Positions 11,966-24,099 are shown, numbered from the stretch's first letter. The stretch: 36,707 nt of DNA from Octopus sinensis (GCF_006345805.1 NW_021824648.1:1-36707); one strand, 5' to 3'. Made by a program: numbers and translations. The notes: generated by a model from the sequence alone, not told the origin.

Positions 11966-12195
11966 ATCGAAAGTTCTCAAGCTTGTCGACGCGCCTCCCA
12001 AGACCATCACCCTGTTCCAACAGGTGTATAGCAGTACCGAGTGCTGCGTGCGGGTGAACGGCAAGGATTCTGACTGGTTCTCCATTAACAGGGGATCAAA
12101 AAGATTGAAAGGCCACCCCTGACCTTTTCAACTGTGTCATCGATTGTCTGATGGCCAAGGTCTGTAAGAAAGTATCTGGTGGTGCCTTCGAGACT
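11966..12195 (+). mobile_element. RTE-clade LINE RT fragment
   Basis: KVLKLVDAPPKTITLFQQVYSSTECCVRVNGKDSDWFSINRG, the RT region just before the QG motif. Confidence 0.7.
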
Positions 12196-12676
12196 TAACC
12201 ATTTTACCAACCTGGCGTATACGAACAACACTACTCTATTGAGCAAATTGATCGACCCGGTCGGAGATGCACTGACCATACACAACTTATAAGGCTTTGG
12301 TCAGCTGACGGCTATAACAGAAGATAATTGCTTCTTGCCACAGTTACTCTTGTGCCTACGAACGTGTGTAATATGTGTGTGTGTGTGTGTGTTTGTGTCA
12401 GTATCCCGCTCTATATAAAGGAATAAGATCCAGGTCTGTAAGCGTCAAGCAGTGTGTGGCAGGTTTTTGTAGAACAAAAGAGGACAGTGTACAATAAGAA
12501 ACAGTAACAATGTGTTGGCATCGAGATTTGTACACTTTTTTCCCAAATCAATTTTCCAAGGAAATTTCGATAAACTGACGGCTTCTATATAGTTGAGAGA
12601 TCGCAACTAGAGCTGCAACAAACATGAATAAAAACCCATTTTGGACACACACACACACACACACACACAGAAATGC

Positions 12677-13120
12677 GTGTGTGTGATAAGAAGCTTGCTT
12701 AGCAACCAAATGGATCTGGGTTCCACTACGTGGCACCTTCGGCAAGTGTTTTCTACTATAGTCTCGGGCCAACCAAAGCCTTCTGACTGGATTTGGTAGA
12801 CGAAAACTGAAAGAAGTCCGCCATATTTATTTATATATGTGTGTGTGTGTGTGTGCGTGTGTGTGTGTGCGTTTGTGTGTGTGTGTGTAGTATGTGTGTG
12901 TAAGTGTGCGTTAGTGTTTGTGTATCTGTGTTTATCCCCCTGCCAATATCGCTTGACAACCGATGCTGGTGTGTTTACATCCCTCTAATTTAGCGGTTCG
13001 GGAAAGAGACAGAGAATAAGTAATAGGTTTACAAAGAATATATCGTGGGGTCGATTTGCTCGCCTAATAGTGGTGCTCCTGCATGGCCGCAGACAAATGA
13101 CTGAAACAAGTAAAAAGAAC
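12677..13120 (+). mobile_element. tRNA-headed CORE-SINE
   Basis: Plus-strand copy with head, CACCTTCGGCAAGTG, an internal (GT)n run and a tail ending GACTGAAACAAGTAAAAAG. Confidence 0.8.
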
Positions 13121-13134
13121 ACAAGAATACATTT

Positions 13135-13700
13135 GACAGTTTTCACAAAAGGAAAATAAAACTCCTCATCACATCCAAAAATAAGCGTTTTAAAAATTCA
13201 AAACCTGTCAAAACTAGGTTTTGGCTGAGAGATAAAGGTTTCCTGAAATTATCTGCCCTTCACTTCCACCACAGCCTCAACACATCTTCAAAGCCTGGCA
13301 TATGCGTTCCTCACTGTGTCCTTGGGGAGATTTTCGAACCCCTCTTTGATCTTGGTCATCAGCTTGGACTTAGTGCTGCAGGAAGAGTGGTTGGTATCTT
13401 TCTCAATTGCGCCCCTCACATAGTAATCCAGGGTATTACAATCAGGGGAATTAGAAGACCAGAAATTCGGGCTGGGGCAGTCGTAGAAAATCTCCAACAA
13501 TCACGTCTGGTTCCTTCCAGCGGTATGACGAAGAGATGAATCTTGCTGCCACACATATGACCTTCCAATGGCAATCCTCTCCAGCCAGAGTTTGATCCCA
13601 GTCTGCAGCAGTTTCACAAAGCTGTCTGTGTAGAGCGTAACTCACTACCTGCTCAACGATGTGGCAATGAATTGTGGTGTGGTGCAGACACAATCAGAAC
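13135..13700 (-). mobile_element. Tc1/mariner-superfamily transposase remnant, DD37D (maT-type)
   Basis: GRSYVWQQDSSLRHT...FWSSNSPDCNTLDYYVRG. I counted 37 residues between the second and third catalytic aspartates. The C-terminus reads RCVEAVVEVKGR. Contains stops. Confidence 0.8.
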
Positions 13701-13974
13701 TCCTACTATGTCCCTTCCCAGTAGCTACAGATTCGCAGTCTCATGCGTGTGTCACATCTCACAGCCTTTACAGTATTCACAGAGCATTGAGCATCAGTCG
13801 TGATGTCGGCATTTTGATATCCACCAAAAATTACAATGATACAGGAAACTCTTTTCAAATATTCAGAAATTTAATCTCCATGGTCTCCAACGCTGTTGAC
13901 TGTTCACTAATGCATGAAGCTCTTGGGGAAAAGAAGTAGACTAAACAAATCACCAAATTTGTGTATTTATAATA

Positions 13975-14125
13975 TGTACAAGCGCTCACCCGACCTTTGA
14001 CCCAGTGTGTACTCTACACAAAAGTATTCATAAAACATCTATCGTAATGCTTATGTATTAAGATCTTAGTTAAAGGTTACTAGTCGCTCCTCTCCAAAAG
14101 ATAAAGTTTTAAATTCCAACCTGAC
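13975..14125 (-). repeat. Short repeat, copy 1, possible Helitron-type 3' end
   Basis: About 110 bp shared with 16010-16122 (GTATTCATAAAACATCT...GTTTTAAATTCCAACCT). On the minus strand, copy 2 ends in CTAG|T. Confidence 0.45.
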
Positions 14126-14462
14126 TTGTCGTTACTTTGATGTTTCCTCTTCTCTGGAGCAGGCATTTTTTATCTGCGTTACTTTGAAGTTGTTCTGTTA
14201 ACATATATTCTGTTAAGCTGGCTTTTCTAATGGCTTCGGACTCCAGCCTCTGTCGTTTCCCTCTGGTGCCTCTTGTTCCCTCCAGCAGGCTTGCCTGGTT
14301 GTTTGAAACTGATGTTTTACTTCCTGTTGCTGTTGTGTCTCTACGACATTTCTTTGTCTCCGTGCCTGTCCTGCCTTTCTTCTCGTGTCTCCATAGACCT
14401 TCAACTTCGGGAGCTTTGAGCTCCAGATGATTGAAAAATATTATGTTGTCTTCTACGCATCA

Positions 14463-14851
14463 TACTCTCTTTGCTCTCTTTACTCTTTTACTTGTTTGAG
14501 TCATTTGACTGCGGCCATGCTGGAGCACCGCCTTTAGTCGAGCAGCTCGACCCCGGGACTTATTCTTTGTAAGCCCAGTACTTATTCTATCGGTCTCTTT
14601 TGCCGAACCGCTAAGTGACAGGGACGTAATGCTAGGGGGACAAACACACACACATACACATATATACATATATATACATATATACATACATATATACGAC
14701 AGGCTTCTTTCAGTTTCTGTCTACCAAATCCACTCACAAGGCATTCGTCGGCCCGGGGCTATAGCAGAAGACAGATGCCACGCAGTGGGACTGAACCCGG
14801 AACCATGTGGTTGGTTAGCAAGCTACTTACCACACAGCCACTCCTGCGCCT
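14463..14851 (-). mobile_element. tRNA-headed CORE-SINE
   Basis: Nearly collinear with 2825-3230. Confidence 0.85.
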
Positions 14852-15334
14852 GAATGTTCTGAAGTAAAATATCTTTAAAAAATCCACAATAAATCCCGTA
14901 ACATGCAATTCATTTTTGTTGTTTCTAAATTCAATCACGTGACTTTATTTCATTCGTTTACCAAACTTCATAAAAATCGGTTCAATAAATTTTCATTTAT
15001 CATTATACATCTATATGTACGTATGTGTATGTATGTGTATACACTCATACATAGGCATACATATTTATATACACCAATGCATGTGCTTGTGTGTGTGTGT
15101 GTGTGTGAGTTGGTAAATGTGTGTTCATGCCTGTATATTTCTTTACATTTCGTTCATCGATGAATTGTGCAAAAATTATGTTCATCTTAGAAAAGAAAAT
15201 ATTTTGAAAACAAATGAATTTAATATTGACAAACAATAAAGAAGTGGAATGGAACCAGTGCGTGTGTTAATGATATTGGCATAATGACTCCCTGGACACT
15301 ACAAAATTCATATATGTATATATCTGTGTATATA

Positions 15335-15670
15335 GTCACAGGAATGGCTGTGTGGTAAGAAGCTTGCTTCCCCAACACATGGTTCTGCGTTCAATCCCTT
15401 GAAGCCTTGAGATTGAATTTGGTAGATGGGAAGTGAAAGAAACCTGTCACATATTTATATATACGTGTGTGTTTATTTGTACTCTTCCTCATCGATTGAC
15501 AACCGTTGTTGGTGTGTTTACATCCCCATAATTTAGCGGTTCGTTTAAGGATACCGATAGAATAAATACTTGGCTGAAAAAATGTCCGGGGGTTGATTTG
15601 TTCAACTAGAACCCTTCAAGGTGGTGCTACAGAATGGTCGCTATCAAATGCCTGAAACAAGTAAAAGATT
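15335..15670 (+). mobile_element. tRNA-headed CORE-SINE, diverged
   Basis: Head GGAATGGCTGTGTGGTAAGAAGCTTGC and tail CCTGAAACAAGTAAAAG. Confidence 0.7.
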
Positions 15671-15690
15671 TTTTAAAAATGAATATAAAT

Positions 15691-15725
<35 letters not shown>

Positions 15726-15977
15726 GTGATAAAGTCAAGTTTCATGTATTTAGTGTCTGTAACTGTAACTCCCTCCCACTCCTTTTGCTGTTTTAGCTTT
15801 CTTTCTGACCTGTCCATAAATTATCTTTACAACTTCCACACTTCCGAACTTCAAATTGTAAACCCAGTGTTTATTTCAATGCCTCCGCTTCCTCCATTTC
15901 CTCCCTCTCTTATTCTTCTCTTAGCCTATGTTATTAAGTCTGCTATGCGTATGTATGTATGTGTGTGTGTATAATAT

Positions 15978-16125
15978 ATACTAGCAGTCCTCTGGCCTTT
16001 GTCTCGGCGTGTAGTGTACACAAATGTATTCATAAAACATCTTTCGTAATGCTTATGTATTAAGATCTTAGTTAAAGGTTACAAGTCGATACTCTTCACA
16101 AGAAATAGTTTTAAATTCCAACCTT
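15978..16125 (-). repeat. Short repeat, copy 2, possible Helitron-type 3' end
   Basis: Matches 13975-14125. The minus strand ends ...GGACTGCTAG|TATAT. Confidence 0.5.
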
Positions 16126-16194
16126 AAGTAAACACACACACACACACACACATTTTCCCTCTTCTTCAAGGCCCAAGTCTAACATGTGTATAGC

Positions 16195-16555
16195 ATTCCA
16201 GGAAAGACTGTGCTGTTGAAGAGATTGGTGCCAATTGCCTTGTCTAAGTTTTAACTTTCGCTGACAACATAACGCTGACAGCGGAGAGAACTGATCACCT
16301 GTAGACCATGCTGGACGAACTCGATTCCAGAGGTTCGGCACTCGGCTTGAAGATCAACTGTAAGAAAACCAAGAACATATGGTCTGAAGGCGTATTGATC
16401 GGACAGCTAGCAGTCAGAAGCGACGAAATAGAAGAGGTGGACAGCTATGTCTATCTCGGTCAAGAAGTGACTAGAGGCGAGAGATGGAGAATGAGATGTT
16501 GCGAAGCATAAGAGCAGGATGGAGAACATTCACCTCACTGAAGGATGTGCTGAGG
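16195..16555 (+). mobile_element. RTE-clade LINE RT fragment
   Basis: LTFADNITL...LGLKINCKKTK...IEEVDSYVYLGQ, covering RT domains 5-7. Confidence 0.75.
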
Positions 16556-16578
16556 GTATAGATACGCACACATACACT

Positions 16579-16614
<36 letters not shown>

Positions 16615-17015
16615 ATCATGTAGTCACATGATCGATGTATATATATATATATATAAGCATATGCATACGTACACTCACACAAACACACAAACACTTCATT
16701 TTGGCAGTTTTTTCACTGGTCCTCAAATTTTGTCCAGCGGTGTACGATGGGCTTCTCTTAGATTATCTCTATTTAATCCACTCAGAAGCCTTGATCAGCC
16801 ATGGGATTTAGAAGAAGGTACTTGGCCAAGGTGTCATACAGTGGGACAAAACTGGTGGTTGGCGTTTGGAAGGGCATCCAGCAGCAACATACCTGATAAA
16901 ATAGACAGTAGCCCAGGGTAGCTTTATTCTACCTGGACGGCTCCTGTCGTCCATCTTGCTCATGAATGCATGGAAGGTGGACGGTGGACGGTATGTGGTG
17001 ATGATGATGATGTTA

Positions 17016-17064
<49 letters not shown>

Positions 17065-17581
17065 ATGGAAATTTATTAAATAATTGTGAAATAGTCATAA
17101 AGATATTTGCAAAAGTTTATAAAGTAAGCACTTGTTGATAGAGTCTGTCGAAATATTTGCAAAGTAGATGAGATCAAATCAAAGATCAATACAGGAGGTT
17201 TTATTGTACAAACTCTGTGTCATTGATTCTTTTACTAGTTTTCCTAAATCAACCTGTCTTTAGAGAATCAACTTGTTTTTTACATAAAGTGCCCCCCCCC
17301 CTAGCTGGGGTATGATCCACAGATTTATAGCTTAAGATGTAAGCAGAGGAATGTAGCTAACCTAAAGACACAACACAATGACTGTTGTTAGGTTTATTAG
17401 TGTCAAGAAGAACATTCAGCTATGAATAATACTTTAGATAAACTGAAGTTTACAATATCAATGTTATCTTTTGCAATATTTTAGAACCATCAACTTCTGT
17501 TTATTGTTGTTTAACTCATTTTATAAGTTTTTAAAAACTGATTTGCTTTCTTTCTTTTTTGACTGATTTTATTCAAAAGAC

Positions 17582-17659
17582 ATGGCGGATATCATGCAGA
17601 AAATTATGAATGGTGACATTGAAGGGGTTAGAAATGTAATAAGAAGGTATCCAACAATA
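17582..17659 (+). CDS. Ankyrin-repeat protein, first visible coding exon (MADIMQKIMNGDIEGVRNVIRRYPTI)
   Basis: ATG at 17582, 26 codons, GTAAGT donor at 17660, joining in phase 0 to 21593. A pyrimidine tract plus AG at 17578-17579 suggests an upstream exon, so this ATG may not be the true start. Confidence 0.7.
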
Positions 17660-18189
17660 GTAAGTTGTTCTGTTTATTGCCTTCTCAAATTTGACTGTTT
17701 ATTATTTTATACACAATATGAAATGTTTTATACACAACATGAAAAGTAGCCACATATATTTGTCCATGATATTTCATTTCTTTCTTCACCTCTTTTCTCT
17801 AATCCTCATCATCGACATTTTAATAAATGTTTAACCAAACATTGAGACATGACAGAATTGATGGAATGTGAGTGAGAAAGAAATCCATCACACACTGCAA
17901 TGGGGTGTTCTGGCGGGAAGTATTCAGTCCAAGAGATGAGAGACAGATGGAACCGATAAATGGATGGTGACTTTATAAAGAAGTCCTCTTGCCATACAAA
18001 GTTGAAGGTTTTACTGGTGTCAAGGGCTACACCATTTTTTATTGAATTTTATACACATATACAAACACTGGTGTGTCACATAGGAATCAAACCCCACTTT
18101 ATAAAACTGTACTGGTGTTCATTGAATCTAGAAAGATACCTAAATGGACAAAGGGGATTTTTTTATGACGTTTAAACTTCATAATTGAA

Positions 18190-19330
18190 ATATTGGAAGT
18201 TAGAATGACAGGATGGCAGTCAATAGACGGGATAGTGTCTGCAGGAATATAGAGCAGGCTGAAGGCATGCTGGAGCTACGCGTCATAGTTGGAGCAACAT
18301 GTTGGGGTCGCCAGGGACTTGGCTCTTCCTATTTTCAACAACAGAAGAAAGCAGACACCAGGGAGAAGCAGGTTATGACCGAGACAGCGGTGTTGAACTA
18401 GGAGGAAGATACAAGGAAATCAAGAGCTGTGGAGTTGGAATCTCTAGGTGCATGGACTAAATGGGATCTCCTAAGAGGAAACTCACATGGAATGACCTGT
18501 GGAGGCTGGAACCTTTGCACATCTCCTTCCTGCATGGAGCTGTGTATGACACACTCCCGACGCCAACAAACCTGCTTAGATAAGGTTTGAGGGAATACCA
18601 GCAGTGTAGACTTTGTGGGAAAGGGGCACTCTGGCACACATCTTGGCAGGGTGCAGAATGACACTTTCTCAAGGCAGATACAAATACTCGCTCACACCCT
18701 GGAGCAGGAAAAGTGTAAGAAACATAATCACCAAGGGAAGATAACTGCCGCAATTTAGTTCGTGAAAGAGGGAGAGAAACCAGTAAAGCCAGCAAAAGCA
18801 ATACACAGCTTGCAGCAAGGGTTTCAACCATGGGATATGAAGGTAGACTTAGGAAAGAGATTGCAGTTTCCTCAGGTTGTCCATACAACCCTGTGGTCTG
18901 AAAAGGCCCACAACATTATTATATTTGAAAGACGTCACATGGGGAACGGGTTGTAACGAGGCCCATGAACGGAAGTGTGACAGATATAAGAGACTTCTGC
19001 AGGAATGCAGGGAGAAGGGATGGCAGGTATGGATATTCCCAGTTGAGGTTGTCTGTAGGGGATTCCTTGCCCAGTCGGGATGGATTTTTTACAGCAACTG
19101 GAATGTGAGGTAAGGAGGGATAGGTGGCTGTGCGCATGAAGGGAGAGGCAACTGAAATAGCCTTTTGCTGGCTTTGGTGTAAGAGAGAAGATTAACGCTG
19201 GAAGGCATGAGGAGTTGAGGAGCAGTGAATTGGCCACCTCTGTTGACCCACAACGGTAGGGTGTAACGGTTCAGGGTCGAAACATCCGATGAACGAGGGA
19301 TAAGGTCTGCCGACGTTGGTTTCTCCTGGA
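18190..19330 (+). mobile_element. HERO-like RLE-type non-LTR retrotransposon, 3' portion, degraded
   Basis: Pieced across frames: GRQGLG, GAWTKW, LPTPTNL, CRLCG, WDMKVDLGKRLQFP, EAHERKCDRYKRLLQECREKGWQVWIFPVEVVCRGF. These fit a zinc finger followed by a restriction-like endonuclease. A 3' UTR follows. Confidence 0.7.
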
Positions 19331-19439
19331 CAAGGCTCTATTCACTTTGGGGAATAGATAAAACACATCCTTACAGGTGTTATTAACTCGTATATATATA
19401 TATGTATGTGTGTGTCTATGTGTATATACAGACAAGCAG

Positions 19440-19670
19440 ATGTGAGTGTATTTTTTAGTGGAGGTTGTGTGTGTGTGTGTGTGTATGCATATGTATCTAC
19501 GTTAGGGTCCCCAACTGCAAAATGATAACCGGTGTTGGTGTATTTGCATCCCTGAAGCAAAAGAGAGCTATAGGTTGGTGCTAATTAGACAGAAAAGGGA
19601 TCACACATGAAAGGAAAAATCGAGGAGGAGCCCCAGCATGGCCGCAGTCTCATGACTGAAACAAGTAGAA
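19440..19670 (+). mobile_element. CORE-SINE 3' half
   Basis: Ends CCAGCATGGCCGCAGTCTCATGACTGAAACAAGTAGAAG, the family 3' terminus. Confidence 0.6.
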
Positions 19671-21549
19671 GGGAGAAAGAAAAAGAAAGAGAAAAATGAA
19701 GAGAAGAATAGAAGAAAGGAAAGGAAAATTGAGAGAGAACTATAGAGAAGACAAAAGAGAAACGAAACAGAGAAAGAGAGAGAGAAAAAGAAACGAGAGA
19801 AAGAAAGAGAGAAATGAAAGAGTGAGAGAGAGGAACAAGGATAAAAAGAAAACGAGAGGGAGAAAGAAGGAGAAAAAAGTGAAAGAGCGAGAAAAGAAAG
19901 AAAGAGAGAGAAAGAAACGAGAGGAAGAAAGAGAGAAATGAAAGAGTGAGAGAGAGGAAGAAGGATAAAAAGAAAACGAGAGGGAGAAAGAAGGAGAAAA
20001 ATGTGAAAGAGTGAGAAAAGAAAGAGAGAGAAGAAGAAAGTGAGAGAGTAAGAGAAAAAGAAAGAGAGAACAGACAAAGAAAACGAGTGAGAGAAAGGAA
20101 AAATATAGACAGAGAGAGAAAAGGAAAAGATAAAGAGAGATAGGGAGAAGGAAAACCAGAAACTAAAAAGAGAGAGAAAAGAAGCAGAGAGGGAGAGAGC
20201 GAGAATAGAAAAAGAGAAAGAGGGAAAGGAAGAGAGAAAATGGAAGATAAGAGAAGAAAAAGGTACTGAGAGAAATAAAGAGAGAAAAAAGGGAGAGAGA
20301 GAGGAAGAAAGAGGAAAAACAAACACTGAAAGAGAGAGAGAAATGAGAAAGAGAGGGATAAAAGAGATGTAAAAGGGATAAAGAGAATGAGAGAAAAGAA
20401 AGAGGGAGAAAGAGAGGAAAGAAAGGGAGAAGGCAAGAGAGGAGAGAAAAGAAAAAAGTAAGTCCCTTAAAGGGAGAAAAGGAAAAGAGGGAAAGAAGAG
20501 AACAAGGAAATGACAAAGAGACAGAAAGAAAGAGAAGGAGAGGGAGGAAGAGAGAAAAGGAAATTGAGAGAGCGAGAGGAAGAGAGAAGAGAAAAATTGC
20601 CAGAGAAAAAGATAACAGAGAGAAAGAGGAAGAGAGGAAAGATAGGGAGAGATAAAAGGAAGCGAGTAAGGGAGAGAGAAAGAGAAAAGAAAAAGAGAGA
20701 GATAAAGAAGAGAGAATAGAAAAAGAGAGAAAAGGAAAGCAGGAGTGAAAGGTAAAAGAGCGGGGGAGAAGGAGAGAAGAGTAAAAGAGAGGGGGAGAAA
20801 GAAAGAGGGAAAAGGGGAAAGGAAAGTGAGAGATAAGAATAGGAGAGGGAGAGAAAGAGAAAAGAGACAGAAAGGGAAAAAGGGGATTATGGGAGAGAAA
20901 AGAGAGTGGGAAATAGAGAGAGAGGAAGAAAGATACAAAAGAGAGGGAGAGAGGAAGTAATAAAAGAAAAGAGAGAGAGAAAAAAGCGGTAGGAAAGAGA
21001 GAGAAAGAGAGAACAAAGAGTAAGAGACATAGAGAGAGAAAGATAGAAAAGAAAATGTGAGAGAGTGAGAGAAGAGAGAGAGAGAGGAAAGGGAGAAGAG
21101 AGAAAAAAGGAAAAGTGAAAGGACATCAAAGAAAGAGAGACAAGTAAAAGAGAAAGAGGAAGAAAGATAGAAAAGGCAAAGAGAAGCACAGAGAGAAAGA
21201 GAGAGATAGAGATAAAAGTAAAAGAGAAAGAGAAAGAAATGAAAGAGGGAGGGAAATTGAAAAATAGAGAAAGAGAAAGATAAGAGTAAAAAGAAAAAGT
21301 GAAAGAGGAAGGAAATAGGAGAGAGAAAGAGAGGAAAGGAAAATGGGAAAAGAGAGAAAAGAAAGAGAGAGAGAAAGAGAAAGAAAGACAGAGAAGGAGA
21401 AAGAAAGAGAGAAAGTGAGAAAAGAAAGAGAGAGAGAAAGAGAAAGAAAGACAGAGAAGGAGAAAGAAAGAGAGAGAGAAAGAGAAAGAAAGACAGAGAA
21501 GGAGAAAGAAAGAGAGAAAGTGAGAAAAGAAAGAGAGAGAGAGAAAAAA
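19668..21549. repeat. About 1.9-kb polypurine/polypyrimidine (GA-rich) tract
   Basis: The plus strand is almost entirely A and G. It contains a 124-bp tandem duplication (units start at 19801 and 19925) and repeated blocks at about 21350-21545. Confidence 0.97.
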
Positions 21550-21592
21550 TGGAATTTCTCTATTTCACATGTCCTCACTTTCTTCATTACAG

Positions 21593-21747
21593 ATTAACAG
21601 ACCTCATGCATTTGGAGAAACTCCTCTAATGTGGGCCTGTATACAGGGCATCGATAAAAGAATACTCGAAATATTGATAGAAGCAGGAGGAGAGGTGAGA
21701 GCGAAAGACGTCGGGGGTTTAACAGCTTTACATTGGGCTGTTGCTGG
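21593..21747 (+). CDS. Ankyrin-repeat protein exon (INRPHAFGETPLMWAC...GLTALHWAVA)
   Basis: Acceptor TTCATTACAG, 155 nt, GTAAGT donor at 21748, phase 2. Contains TPLMWA and TALHWA ankyrin motifs. Confidence 0.93.
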
Positions 21748-21959
21748 GTAAGTTGAGAATCAAGTAAAATCTGCAGATGTATTTTTGTTTGTAAATTTGT
21801 TGCAATTGCAGACACAGGTTCAATATCCAAAGAGGCCAGAGTAGTTGCAGTGGGACAGCAGCACAACAGCAGACTAGCAAACAACAACAACAACAACAAG
21901 CTTCTCTTTAGTCATCGATCCAATTCATTAGTCATTATTCAATCATAACAATCCCGATT

Positions 21960-22248
21960 ATAATGAACGATAATGAGGATTATAATGATGATGATGACGA
22001 TGATGATGATGTGGATGATGATGATGTGGATGATGATGAAAATGATGAAGATGATGACGATGATTTTTATGATGATTATGATGATGATTATGGTGATGAT
22101 AACGATGATGATGACGTTGATGATGATGATCATTATGATGATTGTGATGATATTATTATGATATCATGACGACGATGATGATTACGTTAATGATGATGAT
22201 GATGATGATGATGACGACGATGGTGATGATGATGATAATGATAATAAT
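21960..22248. repeat. Degenerate (GAT)n array, left part
   Basis: Directly visible. Confidence 0.95.
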
Positions 22249-23348
22249 CAAGCTTCAAGCATATAGATTCCATCCGGATATTGTACGTTGGGTTGGTGCC
22301 TTCCTCTCAGATCGCTCCTTCCAAGTCCAAGTTAATGGTTCGCGGTCCGAAGTCTCCAGTGCGAGCAGTGGCGTGCCTCAAGGTTCAGTGCTTGGGCCCT
22401 TATTGTTCTTAGTCTTCATAAATGACTTGCCCGACGACCTCACGCAACACACCCTTCTATTTGCCGACGATATCAAACTGGTCGCTCCTCGCGGTGATAT
22501 AGAGGATCTTCGTCGATGCCTCCACCAAACTTGGAGATGGTCTAACGAATGGGACCTGTGTCTGAACGTGTCAAAGTTCTGTCATCTTCCTGTTGGCTCT
22601 CCTCCTGCAACTCAACTTGATTTTGAGCCGGGTCGTCTGCTGCTGGAGAGGACCGATCAGGTAAAGGACCTGGGTATCTTGGTGGATTCCTCCTTTTCAA
22701 CTTCGGCCCAGTGCGTCCATGCTGCCAACAAAGCACGCGGAATTCTGTTCTTGATTCGACGGTCATTCGGAATGCTCACAGCAGCTATATTCCTACCACT
22801 CTATGTCACGCTGGTGAGACCCATATTGGAGTACGGGATCCAAGCCTCTTCTCCTTATCTCCTCAAAGACATACAGCATCTCGAAAGTGTCCAGAAGCTG
22901 GCTACCCGCATGGTTCTTGTTCTCAAGAATTTGTCTCATGAAGTAGGCTGAAGACACTCGACCTTTATTCTCTAGAAAAACGATGACGCTGTAGTGATCT
23001 GATTCTTGTTCACAACATCATAAGCGGAAAGTGTAATCTCTCGAAAGAGCTGTTCTTCACTCCTGCTCCAGAGCGTCGGCTGCAGGGTCATTCCGAAAAG
23101 CTCTACCTGCGACGATTTCATCTCAATCGAAGGAGAGGCGCTTTCTCCGTCCGGGTTGCGGATCCGTGGAACAAGCTGCCAGACGAGATGGTGAAGATGC
23201 CGACGACCGCTTTGTTCAAAGCCTCCCTTGACCTCAAGTGGCCTGAACTCTTTACATGAACACCACCCTGTACTTAACTCCATGTCCCCCTACATGGCCT
23301 TGCTATTTGCTTTTGAGCCAAATTAACTAACTAACTAACTAACTAACT
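22249..23348 (+). mobile_element. CR1-clade LINE, 5'-truncated, ending in a (TAAC)n tail
   Basis: SGVPQGSVLGPLLFLVFINDL, LFADDIKL, KDLGILVD, LVRPILEYG...LESVQKLATR. After a frameshift, FSVRVADPWNKLP. A short 3' UTR and about 6 TAAC units follow. Confidence 0.88.
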
Positions 23349-23878
23349 GATGATGTCGATCTTGCTGATGATGGTGGTGATGATGATGACGATGAAGTCG
23401 ATGATGATATTTATGATTATGATGATGATTATGATGATGATGATGATGATGATCTCGATGATGATGATGTTGATTATGATGATGATGATGATGATGATGA
23501 TGATAATGATGATGATGATTATGATGACGATGATAGTGCTGACGATGATGATGATGGTGACGATAGTGATGTTGGTGTTTATGATGGTGATGACTATGAT
23601 GATGCCGATGACGATGATTATGATTATAGTGCCTATGAATGATAATGATGATGATTATGATGATTTTAGAGATGTTGAAGATGATGGTTGATATGGACGA
23701 TGATGATGATGATAGTGTTGCAATGAGGGTGATGATGGTGATGATGATGATTATGTTAATGATGGAGGTGGTGGCAATGATGATGATGGCGATGATGTCG
23801 ATGAGGATGATAGCGATGATAATAGTGCTACTGATAATGATGGTGATGATGAAGATGATGATGATGATGATGATGTTT
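23349..23878. repeat. Degenerate (GAT)n array, right part
   Basis: Directly visible. Confidence 0.95.
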
Positions 23879-23945
23879 CGTCTGAAATCCAAAACAATTA
23901 GGTGTTTAATGTAAATTAGTCAATGCTTCTATCTTTTACTCTCAG

Positions 23946-24099
23946 CTGTCGTCCTGAAGCCGTGGAACTTTTACTATCTCGGGGCAGCAACATAAATGGG
24001 AAGGACAATCGTGGCGGGACTCCTCTCCATTCTGCTGCAAACTTACCTCGGGAATGGACAGATGTTGTGAAAGAATTAATGAAACACAGCGCTCTTGAG
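23946..24099 (+). CDS. Ankyrin-repeat protein exon (CRPEAVELLLSRGSNINGKDNRGGTPLHSAA...SALE)
   Basis: Acceptor TTTTACTCTCAG, 154 nt, completes the split GG+C Gly codon, GTTAGT donor at 24100, phase 0. Confidence 0.93.

Noticed and set aside
19262-19320. Hammerhead-ribozyme-like words (GAAAC then CTGCCGA) in the HERO-like 3' UTR
   Set aside because: The core deviates from CUGANGA, there is no proper NUH cleavage triplet, and stems I and II cannot be built convincingly.
19585-21189. Long minus-strand F/L/S-rich ORFs (up to 471 aa) and plus-strand R/E/K-rich ORFs
   Set aside because: These are by-products of the polypurine tract, which lacks stop codons. There is no domain content or splice support.
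21939-23914. Poly-D, poly-M, poly-I and poly-H ORFs
   Set aside because: Translations of (GAT)n repeats. Only the CR1 RT portion is real coding-derived sequence.
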